Source: Alphaproteobacteria bacterium
GTDB lineage: Bacteria > Pseudomonadota > Alphaproteobacteria > UBA828
Reading direction: 5' to 3'
Assembly: GCA_963422645.2 (NCBI GenBank)
Contig: CAXXVO010000008.1
Span: 160,001-224,000 of the forward strand
Length of the DNA: 64,000 nucleotides
Every line of letters begins with the position of its first letter. Position 1 is the stretch's first letter. Shown here one piece after another: positions 29,535 to 38,160 of this stretch. Both the position numbers and the translations under genes were made by a program. The notes beneath the pieces are model-generated. The model was not told where the DNA came from. It searched no databases and was given only the letters and a program-made list of their open reading frames with translations.

Positions 29535-29563
29535 ACCCTACGCGCCGCCGCACGCCACCTCAA
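29535..29563 (-). promoter_or_regulatory. Putative sigma70 promoter TTGAGG-N17-TAGGGT driving the tRNA-like RNA
   Basis: -35 at 29563-29558, -10 at 29540-29535, 17-bp spacer; +1 would fall at or near G29528, the first base of the stem. Confidence 0.55.
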
Positions 29564-29882
29564 GCCGATTCAGCGCCCCGGCGCGGGCCGCCGCCAGCCT
29601 CGCGGGACGGGCGCCTCGCCCCGGATTTTCCAGCCGAATCCGATACCCCGAAACCGACCCGATTTGCCGCCGTCGCAAGACCCCTGAAACGCCCCGAAAA
29701 TCGCCGTTTCCAGCCAATTCACGGCCTCTGCACGGCCCGATTCGCAAAGACTTCCGTCCGCACGCCAGCCGCCGCACCGCCACCGTGCCGCCGCGCATCC
29801 CCTTGAGATTCCGCCACCTTCCGCCCGATTCCGCCTGATTCCACCCCTTGACCCGATTCACAACGACTTTCGTCCGTCTACA

Positions 29883-30824
29883 GGCGGCGCGCAGCGCCCG
29901 GATGCGGGCGATCACGGTCTCGGGCGAGCCGTGGACCAGGGTGGTCTCCAGCAGCGTGTCGTAGTCGAACGCCCCGGCGCTCTCCTTCTCCGAGACGTTG
30001 CCGAGGTAGCCTGCGGTCTTTTTGCCGAGGAACGCTTCGAGGTGGCGGATGATCCCTGCCTCGCTCTCCTCCCGCGCCTTGGCGTCGGTCTCGGCCACAT
30101 AGATCCAGCGGGCGATATTGATGGAGCCGAAGGCCGGATTGGCGTTCCAGGGTGCCGGGGCGTGGGTCATGGTCTCGCGATAGAGGGCGATCTGCCCAGC
30201 GAGGGTCTCGAACGAAGGCAGGGTGGAGAGCATCAGGCCGAAGCCGTGGCGCGCCGCGATTTCGATTGAACGGTTCGTGCCGGCGGCCATGTAGAATGGC
30301 GGATGCGGCTGCTGCACGCTCACGGGGTAGATCTCGTAGTCGCCCTCGACCCGGTGCTGGAAGTGGGCGCCCTCATGGCTGACCTTCCGCGTATGGAAGG
30401 CGTCGAGAATCAAGGGGATGGCTTCTTCCTGAATGTCGTGGCGTGCGTCGAAGGGGATCCCGAAGCCCTCGTATTCGTAGGGCCGATAACCGGAACCGAG
30501 GCCCAGGCTGAGCCGCCCGTTGCTCAAGATGTCAACGAAGGCCGCGTTCTCGACGATCCGAACCGGGTTGTGGAGCGGGAGCGTCATCACCGCCGTGCCG
30601 AGCCCGATGCGGCTGGTCTTGGGCGCCAGATAGGCCAGATAGACGAAGGGATCCGGCAGCACGCCGTACTGGTTGGAGAAGTGGTGTTCGGCGATCCAGG
30701 CGGTGTCGTAGCCCAGCCGGTCCGCCTCCACGATCTCGCGGGTCACGCGCGCGTGCACGGCGCGGTGCGGATAAGGTTCAACATCGAGATTGGGCTGAGA
30801 GGTAACCAGAACACCGAATTTCAT
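29883..30824 (-). pseudogene. 5' part of the LLM-class flavin-dependent oxidoreductase (luciferase-like monooxygenase), interrupted
   Basis: MKFGVL, AWIAEHHFS, RIGLGTAV, GRLSLGLGSGY, QQPHPPFYMAA, GSPETVIARI. Removing the element and one GGCGG restores a 359-aa ORF. Confidence 0.92.
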
Positions 30825-30882
30825 CGTTCACTCCGCGGGCCGCCCGCTGCGGATGCACGATCGCACGCAGCGGGAGCGGCAC

Positions 30883-31101
30883 CTATTCTCGATAAACTGT
30901 CCACGCGCCGTCCTCGCCAGTCAGCAGACCCTCGCCCGGCGGATTCTCGTCCAGTGCGTCCTTCCAATTGCTGGGATGAAGCGGCTCGCCGCAGGCCGCG
31001 AGCCCGACGACGGCCGCGATGGCCGGGACCGGGACGATGAGTGCTGCAGCGCGGCGCGAGCCTGCTCTCGCCCGGCGCAGGGGGCGCAAACCGGTTTCCA
31101 C
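30883..31101 (-). CDS. Small putative lipoprotein
   Basis: Hydrophobic stretch and lipobox LAAC, then GEGLLTGEDG; 6 bp behind mlaC. Confidence 0.55.
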   Translation of the reverse strand: METGLRPLRRARAGSRRAAALIVPVPAIAAVVGLAACGEPLHPSNWKDALDENPPGEGLLTGEDGAWTVYRE

Positions 31102-31107
31102 GCCGGG

Positions 31108-31740
31108 CTATTCCCCGACCGGCGCCTCGACCCGCGCCCGCAGGTCGCCCAACAGGCCGTCGATCCCCTTGCGATTGACGACCGAGGCGAACTCGACCCG
31201 ATGGGTGTGCAGCATGCTGATGCCTTCGACGTTCACGTCGATGACCTTGTAGCCTTCGTCCCGCTTCCGCACGCGAAAATCGACGTCGATCGGATTACCG
31301 CCGGAGGGCCGCACGATCTGCGCCCGCACGATCTTGTCGCCGCTCTCGTCATTGATCACCAAGCGCGCAGTGAACAGCTCGCCGCCATAGGAATCGAAGC
31401 GGCTGGCGTACACGCGTACGATAAATTCGACGAAGATCGCCCGGTATTCCTTGCGCTGTTCCTTGGTTGCCGTTTTCCAGTGCCGCCCGAGCACGAAACG
31501 GCTGACAATCGGAATGTCGAAACCCTCCACCATGACCTCGCGGAACGCCGCCTCCCGCTCTTTGAATGTCGAGTTGGCCTTGTCCTTGAGGACCGCGATG
31601 GCCTGGTCGCCGAGCCCCTGAATGAACGCCAGCGCCGGGTCGTCGGAGGCGGAGGCCCGCTCTGCGCCGATCGCGGATACCAATACGGCCGCAGCGAGAG
31701 CAGCGGCCGCAAAGAAGCGTCGAGAGATGAAGATGCTCAT
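31108..31740 (-). CDS. mlaC: MlaC/Ttg2D phospholipid-binding periplasmic protein
   Basis: Signal peptide; SRFVLGRHW, YKVIDVNVEGISM, GIDGLL; adjacent to mlaA. Confidence 0.9.
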   Translation of the reverse strand: MSIFISRRFFAAAALAAAVLVSAIGAERASASDDPALAFIQGLGDQAIAVLKDKANSTFKEREAAFREVMVEGFDIPIVSRFVLGRHWKTATKEQRKEYRAIFVEFIVRVYASRFDSYGGELFTARLVINDESGDKIVRAQIVRPSGGNPIDVDFRVRKRDEGYKVIDVNVEGISMLHTHRVEFASVVNRKGIDGLLGDLRARVEAPVGE

Positions 31741-31794
31741 GGCTATTCGTCTCTGCTTTAGCCGGGTGCGCCGCGCGCGAAGCTCTTCCCCGGA

Positions 31795-32610
31795 TCACTC
31801 CTCATCGAATTTCTCGTCGAAATCTTCATCGAAGTCGAAGTCGGGGATCTCCATCGCGGGTGGCGGCGCACCGTCCCTGATCTCCGTCGCACGATACTGC
31901 CGGTATAGCTCACGCAATGCAGCATAAAAATCGATCGAAGTGGCTTCCAGCGTTTCCAGCTCTTCGAGGTACTGGGCACGCTGGGAGACGCCGCTCGTCA
32001 CGCTGCGGGCGAGCCCAGCCTCGGCCGGCAGAAGATAGCTGTAGGGATCCGCGATCCAATCGACCACGAAGGCCCCCGCGTCGCGGGGATTGGTCGGTCC
32101 CAGCAGCGGCAGCATGAGGAAGGGCTCGTCGCCAACGCCCCATTCCGCGAGAGTCTGCCCAAAATCCTCGGGCGCTCGCTCGTATCCCCAGTCAGAGGCC
32201 ACATCGAAGATGCCGCCGACACCCATGGTGGTGTTGATCGTGAAGCGCATGAGCGTCGAGCCTGCCCGTTCGAACTTGCCCTGGGCCGCGTTGTTCACCA
32301 GGTTGAGCGGCTCACCAAGATTGCCCAGAACATTGGCAATTCTGTGGCGAACCTCGTTCGGAAAAACGAACACGTAGAACTCGGCCACCGGCTTCAGCAG
32401 GAAACGGTCGATCGTCTGGTTGACGTCGAACATCACCCGGTTGAAGTCCTCGAGAGGATCGTTCTCGCCGTAAGGATCCTGGGCGCGGCCATCGGTGGCG
32501 ACGAAGAGGAGCGCACCGGCGAGCAGCAGGATCGCCAGAAGGCGCTGCGGGGCGGCCAGGAGGCCGGTGGCGCGGGGCGGAGCGGGCTGTCGCGGAAGGC
32601 TCTCGCTCAT
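31795..32610 (-). CDS. mlaA: MlaA/VacJ-family protein
   Basis: DPLEDFNRVMF, RFTINTTMGVGG, EDFGQTL, LPLLGPTNPRD, IDFYAALR. Start at ATG 32610. Confidence 0.92.
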   Translation of the reverse strand: MSESLPRQPAPPRATGLLAAPQRLLAILLLAGALLFVATDGRAQDPYGENDPLEDFNRVMFDVNQTIDRFLLKPVAEFYVFVFPNEVRHRIANVLGNLGEPLNLVNNAAQGKFERAGSTLMRFTINTTMGVGGIFDVASDWGYERAPEDFGQTLAEWGVGDEPFLMLPLLGPTNPRDAGAFVVDWIADPYSYLLPAEAGLARSVTSGVSQRAQYLEELETLEATSIDFYAALRELYRQYRATEIRDGAPPPAMEIPDFDFDEDFDEKFDEE

Positions 32611-32618
32611 GCCAAGTG

Positions 32619-34646
32619 TCAGTTGTCCTCCTTCGCGGCGGCGAGCACATCGTCGGCGAGACGCCCGGTGAGCTCCTGAAGACGGTCGAACTGGGATTCG
32701 AAGATGCCGACGCCGAGGGTGAGCGAGCGAAGCTCGATGATCAGGTCGTGCATCTCCGCTTGCGGCATTTGGCTCGTGAGTTCGTCCCAGCCGGACCAGT
32801 CCTCGCGCGCCTGGTAGCCCAGCACCTGACCGCGCCGTCCGGTCACCAGGCGCTGGACGTTTGGCGTGAACTCGCTCGGCACCGATATCCTGACCTCGCA
32901 GATGGGCTCCAGCAGCACCGGGTTGCACTTGGGCAGCGCTTCGGCCATCGCCATGCGGCCGGCGGTCTTGAAGGCCATCTCCGAGCTATCGACGGAATGG
33001 TGCTTGCCGTCGGTGAGCGTCACCGAGACGTCGACGACCGGGAAGCCGAGCGGCCCGCTGGTCAGATAGTCGCGCACGCCGGCCTCCACCGCAGGGATGT
33101 ACTGGCGCGGCACAGCGCCGCCCACGACCTTATTCTGAAACTCGAAGCCGGTGCCGCGCGGGAGCGGCTTCACATCGATATGCACGTCGCCGAACTGGCC
33201 GTGACCACCGGTCTGCTTCTTGTAGCGCGCGCGCTGGGAGACCGGCTTACGGATCGCCTCCTTATAGGCAACACTCGGTCTGTAGGTCTGCATGGTGAGC
33301 CCGTATTTGCCGGCCAACCGGTCGAGCGCGACCTTCAGATGCATCTCGCCCTGGCCCCAGAGCACCGCCTCCTGGGTGTCGGGATTGGGCTGGAAGCTCA
33401 GCGAGGGGTCCTCCATGGCGAGGCGGCTCATTGCGCCCGACACCTTGACTTCGTCCTCGCGCCGGCTCGCCCGTACCGAGAAGGCATAAACCGAGGAGGG
33501 CAGCTCGGCGCGAGGCAGGTGCTCGACCTCGGGCCCGTCGGCGGGAGCGATCGTATCCCCGGTGACGATGGAGTCGAGTCGCCCGAGGCCGACGATATCG
33601 CCAGCGTGCGCCTTGTCGATCTTGCCCTGCTGTTGACCCCGCATCCGGTACATCCCGCCAATGCGCTGGCCGTCGTTGAGCGTCGTGCCGTCTTCGATGG
33701 TCCCCGCCCAGATCCGCGCGAGCGAAACCTTGCCGCCGTGCTGGGTCATGTAGGTCTTGATGACCTGGCCGACCGTTGCGCCGTCGGCACCGGCCGGCAG
33801 CCGCCGCGCCGCAAGCGCGTCGCCGGGCGCAAAGTCGATCAGCGTTTCCAGCAGGCGACGCACGCCCCAATCCCGCTCCGCCGATCCCATCGTCACCGGC
33901 ACCACGCCCGCATCGGCCAGCACGCCGCGCAGGTAGGCCTGAATCTCTTCGGGCTTGGGAATCTCGTCCTCGAGCAGGCTTTCCAAGAGCGTATCGTCGA
34001 AGTCCGCCAGGCTCTCGAGAAGCTGCGTGCGCGCGTCCTCCCGGCGCTCCGAAACCGTTTCCGGCGCGTCGACGCCAACGGCACCTTCCTGATCGCGATA
34101 CTCGTAGGCCTTGCCGCTGATCAGATCGACATAGCCCGTGACGCTGTCGCCATCGCGGATCGCGACCTGGCAAGGCACCAGCGGCCGGTCACTGACCGGC
34201 TCCATCGCCTCGATCAGCTCGGCGACCCGCACCGCAGTCTCGTCCATCCGGTTGGCGAACAGAACGTGCGGGATCTGGTGCTGGGCCAGGAACTTGAGCA
34301 GCCGCCCCATGGTCCAGACCCGGTTCAGATCGGGCGTGCAGACGATGACGGCGAGATCGACGCCCATGAGCGCATTGGCGGTCTCGGCGAAGAACTCGAT
34401 CGAGCCCGGACAGTCCAGGATCGTGAAGCGGCGGTCCCGGAACTCGAACGAGGCGGCATTGACCTCCACGCTCGACTGGCGCGCGCGGGCCTCGTCGGAC
34501 CAGTCGCCTACCGTGTTGCCTTCCGTGACCTTGCCCTTGCGGCCGATTGCCCCGGCCACGAACAACATGCTTTCCAGAAGCGTGGTCTTGCCGCTCGTAT
34601 AGGGGCCGACAAGCGCAACGTTCAGCGCCCCGGTCGAATCGCTCAT
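32619..34646 (-). CDS. Elongation factor G-like protein (EF-G2 type paralog)
   Basis: GPYTSGKTT, DCPG, NRMD, EDPSL, GQGEMHL, KKQTGGHGQFG, HSVDSSEMAF, LLEPI. Confidence 0.92.
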   Translation of the reverse strand: MSDSTGALNVALVGPYTSGKTTLLESMLFVAGAIGRKGKVTEGNTVGDWSDEARARQSSVEVNAASFEFRDRRFTILDCPGSIEFFAETANALMGVDLAVIVCTPDLNRVWTMGRLLKFLAQHQIPHVLFANRMDETAVRVAELIEAMEPVSDRPLVPCQVAIRDGDSVTGYVDLISGKAYEYRDQEGAVGVDAPETVSERREDARTQLLESLADFDDTLLESLLEDEIPKPEEIQAYLRGVLADAGVVPVTMGSAERDWGVRRLLETLIDFAPGDALAARRLPAGADGATVGQVIKTYMTQHGGKVSLARIWAGTIEDGTTLNDGQRIGGMYRMRGQQQGKIDKAHAGDIVGLGRLDSIVTGDTIAPADGPEVEHLPRAELPSSVYAFSVRASRREDEVKVSGAMSRLAMEDPSLSFQPNPDTQEAVLWGQGEMHLKVALDRLAGKYGLTMQTYRPSVAYKEAIRKPVSQRARYKKQTGGHGQFGDVHIDVKPLPRGTGFEFQNKVVGGAVPRQYIPAVEAGVRDYLTSGPLGFPVVDVSVTLTDGKHHSVDSSEMAFKTAGRMAMAEALPKCNPVLLEPICEVRISVPSEFTPNVQRLVTGRRGQVLGYQAREDWSGWDELTSQMPQAEMHDLIIELRSLTLGVGIFESQFDRLQELTGRLADDVLAAAKEDN

Positions 34647-34848
34647 GCTATCTCCCTTTACCCAGAACCGCGCCGGCGGGCTTCGTCCCGCGGTCGCGGG
34701 GCCGGCATGTTTCCAGTGCCCCGGCCGGAATGCAACCGCGATTAGCAATCGTCCGTCGACGGGGCCTCCTAGTTGAGGCGCCCAGTCTGGCGTGGGTGCG
34801 GTGGGGCCGGTATGGTGACCAGGGTCAGGCTGCGAGGGCGGGCTTCGG

Positions 34849-35592
34849 TTGAGTATCTGGGGCAAGATCATCGGCGGCGCCGCGGGGTTCGCGCTGGGTG
34901 GCCCCATCGGCGCAATTCTGGGCGTGGCCGCCGGCCACTTCGTGGACCGCATGGCGACCGGCCGCCGCGTCCGGCGTATCGGCGCGGGCGATCAGGAGAC
35001 CAAGCAGGCCGCGGTCTCGGTCGCGTTGGTGGTGCTCGCCGCCAAGATGGCGAAGGCCGACGGCCACGTCACCCGCGAGGAAATTGACGCGTTCAAGCGG
35101 GTCTTCGCCGTCCCCGATGCCCATGCCGCCGCCATCGGGCGGATCTGGGACGAGGCGCGGCGCGAGGCGACCGGCTTCGAGCCCTATGCCGAGCAGATCG
35201 TGCAGATCTTCCCGCACGACACCACCATGCGGGAGGAGCTGCTCGGCGCACTCTTCCAGATCGCCATGGCCGACGGCGAGCTGCATGAGGGGGAGCGCGC
35301 CTTTCTTTCCCGCGTTGCTGAGATCTTCGGCTTCGATGAGCGCGGCTTCGCGCAGATCATGTCGCGCCACATGGGCGGCGGCGAGACCGACCCCTACCAG
35401 GTGCTCGGAATCGAGCCCAGCGCCTCGGACGACGAGATCAAGCAGACCTACCGCCAGCTGATCCGCGAGCATCATCCCGACAAGCTCATCGCCGAAGGCA
35501 TGCCGGAGGAGATGGTCCAGGTCGCCAACGAGCAGATGGCTGCGATCAACGCGGCCTACGACAGGGTCGCCAAGCTTCGCGGGCTGCGCTGA
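34849..35592 (+). CDS. djlA: DjlA-like co-chaperone (TM + TerB-like + J domain)
   Basis: WGKIIGG...GGPIGAILG, AKMAKADGHV, DPYQVLG, EHHPDK. Confidence 0.9.
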   Translation: MSIWGKIIGGAAGFALGGPIGAILGVAAGHFVDRMATGRRVRRIGAGDQETKQAAVSVALVVLAAKMAKADGHVTREEIDAFKRVFAVPDAHAAAIGRIWDEARREATGFEPYAEQIVQIFPHDTTMREELLGALFQIAMADGELHEGERAFLSRVAEIFGFDERGFAQIMSRHMGGGETDPYQVLGIEPSASDDEIKQTYRQLIREHHPDKLIAEGMPEEMVQVANEQMAAINAAYDRVAKLRGLR

Positions 35593-35650
35593 CCGCACGC
35601 TAAGCGCGCCCGCGCCGCCGCTACTTCCGCTCCTACCGCGTTCCCCCGTC

Positions 35651-36523
35651 ATGCAGCCGAGTCACATTGCGATCGCGGTCGGCACGGCCCTGCTCTGGGG
35701 CTTCGGCTTCGTGACCAGCAAGTACGGCGCGGACCACATGCCGCCGCTGTTCTTCCTGGCGCTGCGCTTTGCGCTGATGACGCTGATGCTGGTCTGGTTC
35801 GTGCGCCCGCCCCGCGGCCGCTGGCTCGCCGTGAGCTCCTTCGCTCTGACCATGGGCGTCGGCCATTTCGGCCTGTTCTACATCGCGCTCAACATCGGCG
35901 TGGAGGCTTCGACCGCGGCGATCATCTGGATCACGCAGGTGCCGCTCAGCGCCGTGCTGGCGGGGCTGGTCCTGCGCGAGCGGCCCGGCTGGGCGGCGAT
36001 CGTTGGCATTGCCATCGCCCTCGGCGGCGCCGTCGTGCTGGTTGGCGAGCCACGTCATACCGGCAACGCGCTGGGGATCGGACTGATGTTCGGCTCCAGC
36101 ATCGCGTGGGCCATCGCCAGCGTGCAGGTCAAGCGCCTCACGGATATCTCTCCGCTGGCGCTGAACGGCTGGATGTCGGCGATCTCCGCCCTGTTCCTGT
36201 TCCCGCTTTCCTTCGCCCTGGAGGAGGGGCAGCTCGCGAGCCTGCTGCAGCCCGACTGGCGGCTGCACGGCTCGCTCATCTATCAGGTCGTGGGCTCGAC
36301 CCTGCTCGCCTATTGGGCCTGGTACCATCTGCTCGCGCACAACAAGGTGGCGACGGTCGCGGGCTTCATGCTGCTGGTGCCGATGCTGGGCGTGATCTTC
36401 GGCGTCTTCCTACTGGGCGAGCCGATCACCTGGCAGTCTCTCGTGGGCGGCGTCATCATCGTCTCCGGCGTCGCCCTCATCGTGCTCAAGCGCTCGGAAG
36501 AGACCGCAGTGAAGACGAGATGA
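35651..36523 (+). CDS. EamA/DMT-family transporter
   Basis: About ten hydrophobic helices; LLWG, PPLFFLALRF, LLGEPIT. Confidence 0.9.
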   Translation: MQPSHIAIAVGTALLWGFGFVTSKYGADHMPPLFFLALRFALMTLMLVWFVRPPRGRWLAVSSFALTMGVGHFGLFYIALNIGVEASTAAIIWITQVPLSAVLAGLVLRERPGWAAIVGIAIALGGAVVLVGEPRHTGNALGIGLMFGSSIAWAIASVQVKRLTDISPLALNGWMSAISALFLFPLSFALEEGQLASLLQPDWRLHGSLIYQVVGSTLLAYWAWYHLLAHNKVATVAGFMLLVPMLGVIFGVFLLGEPITWQSLVGGVIIVSGVALIVLKRSEETAVKTR

Positions 36524-36568
36524 CGTCCCGGCTGGGATAGGCGGCGGCAGGACAGTTCGGAGCGGAGC

Positions 36569-37345
36569 GTGAGCCAAGAGACCGTTGCCGGGCGCGGGGT
36601 GATTGACAGGGCTTCGCCCAACTGGGACGAGCGGCCTGGAGATGCCGGCCCGGTCGATACCCTGGTCCTGCACTACACCGGCATGGTCTCGGCCGAGGCC
36701 GCGCTCGCACGGATGACGGATCCTGCGGCCAAGGTCAGCGCGCACTGGTGCATCGGGGAGGATGGCACCCTCTGGCGGCTGGTGTCCGAGGAGCGCCGCG
36801 CCTGGCACGCCGGGGTGAGCGAATGGCGCGGCCGGCGCTCGCTGAACGACCGTTCCGTCGGGATCGAGCTGGTCAATCCAGGCCACGAGCACGGCTACCG
36901 CCCGTTCCCTCCCGCGCAAATGGATGCACTGGTCGACCTCGCCCGCGCCATCGTCGCGCGCCTCCCCATCGAGCCCCGCAACGTGGTGGCGCATTCCGAC
37001 ATCGCGCCGGCGCGCCGGAAGGACCCCGGCGAGCTTTTCGACTGGGCGCGTCTCGCCCAGGCAGGCATCGGCCTCTGGCCCGAGGTGGGGAAGGGGAGAG
37101 CACAGGACCGCCCGCCGCTCCACCAGGTCGACAGCGGTGCTGCCGTGCGACGGCAACAGGAACGTCTGTGCACAGTCGGTTACGGCATTGTGACCGATGG
37201 CGACTTTGGCGCGGCCACCGCGGCAGTTGTGCGTGCCTTCCAGCGGCACTTCCGCCAGACCCGCGTCGACGGCGTGATCGATGACGGCACAGCGGAAGTT
37301 CTGGAGCGAGTGAGCGCGCTCCTGGCGGGCGGCGCCCAGGCTTGA
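36569..37345 (+). CDS. N-acetylmuramoyl-L-alanine amidase (AmpD/AmiD-like) with peptidoglycan-binding domain
   Basis: SPNWDER, LVLHYTGM, VSAHW, RAWHAG, SVGIEL, HSDIAPARRKDPG, AFQRHFR. Confidence 0.93.
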   Translation: MSQETVAGRGVIDRASPNWDERPGDAGPVDTLVLHYTGMVSAEAALARMTDPAAKVSAHWCIGEDGTLWRLVSEERRAWHAGVSEWRGRRSLNDRSVGIELVNPGHEHGYRPFPPAQMDALVDLARAIVARLPIEPRNVVAHSDIAPARRKDPGELFDWARLAQAGIGLWPEVGKGRAQDRPPLHQVDSGAAVRRQQERLCTVGYGIVTDGDFGAATAAVVRAFQRHFRQTRVDGVIDDGTAEVLERVSALLAGGAQA

Positions 37346-37376
37346 CCGGGTCCGTGCGCTTGCGTAGTCAGGGCGG

Positions 37377-37781
<405 letters not shown>

Positions 37782-37888
37782 ATTTCTCCCGCCGCCACCC
37801 TCAATATGTTGCGGAGCGAGAGCCCCTCCACCCAATATATTCCGCTATTGAGGCTTGTCTTGGCAGCAAAGCCCAGTAACCGATAATA

Positions 37889-37903
37889 GAACATAAAGAG
37901 AAC
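37889..37903. promoter_or_regulatory. Putative alphaproteobacterial LexA (SOS) box GAAC-N7-GAAC
   Basis: GAACATAAAGAGAAC with an AT-rich spacer, in the rnpB-mraZ intergenic region. Confidence 0.6.
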
Positions 37904-38050
37904 ATATAGTTGATCTCCGCCGAGACTTGAGCCCTCTCCCCGGTAACTGGCGCTCTAGTTTTTCCTCGCCGGTCTTCATCCGTCGTCAGGTCAGAGTGGT
38001 CGGGCCGCTGCTTTTGCGTGTCCACCTGAACACTTGAATTTTTGTCTTGC

Positions 38051-38094
38051 AACCATATTTTCCCATAGAGTACCATGCTGTCCCATGGCATCCC
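38051..38094. promoter_or_regulatory. MraZ operator: 10-bp-phased (T/A)(C/A)CCAT repeats
   Basis: AACCAT, TCCCAT, TACCAT, TCCCAT, TCCC at 38051/61/71/81/91; reverse complement of the TGGGN MraZ repeat. Confidence 0.7.
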
Positions 38095-38160
38095 GGATCA
38101 GAGCGGGAACAGGTTAGGGCGAAGGCACGACGAACGGGACGCGACCCAAGGAGCAACGCG

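Larger units (their letters stand above)
24754..29882 (+). mobile_element. Mu-like (transposable phage-derived) mini-element, 5129 bp, flanked by the 5-bp duplication GGCGG
   Basis: TGTAG...CTACA termini; imperfect 29-bp inverted ends; GGCGG at 24749-24753 and 29883-29887; cargo of Mu gp27/gp28/gp29/gpF homologs; no transposase. Confidence 0.92.

Noticed and set aside
24754-29882. Tn7-like or CAST transposon interpretation of the TGT...ACA ends with a 5-bp duplication
   Set aside because: No tnsABC, tniQ or cas genes are present and the cargo is Mu-type head-packaging genes, so a transposable-phage origin explains it better.
29538-30824. 428-aa ORF as a complete LLM protein
   Set aside because: Residues after ...IRALRAA are read-through into the element end; the true C-terminus is at 24611-24748.
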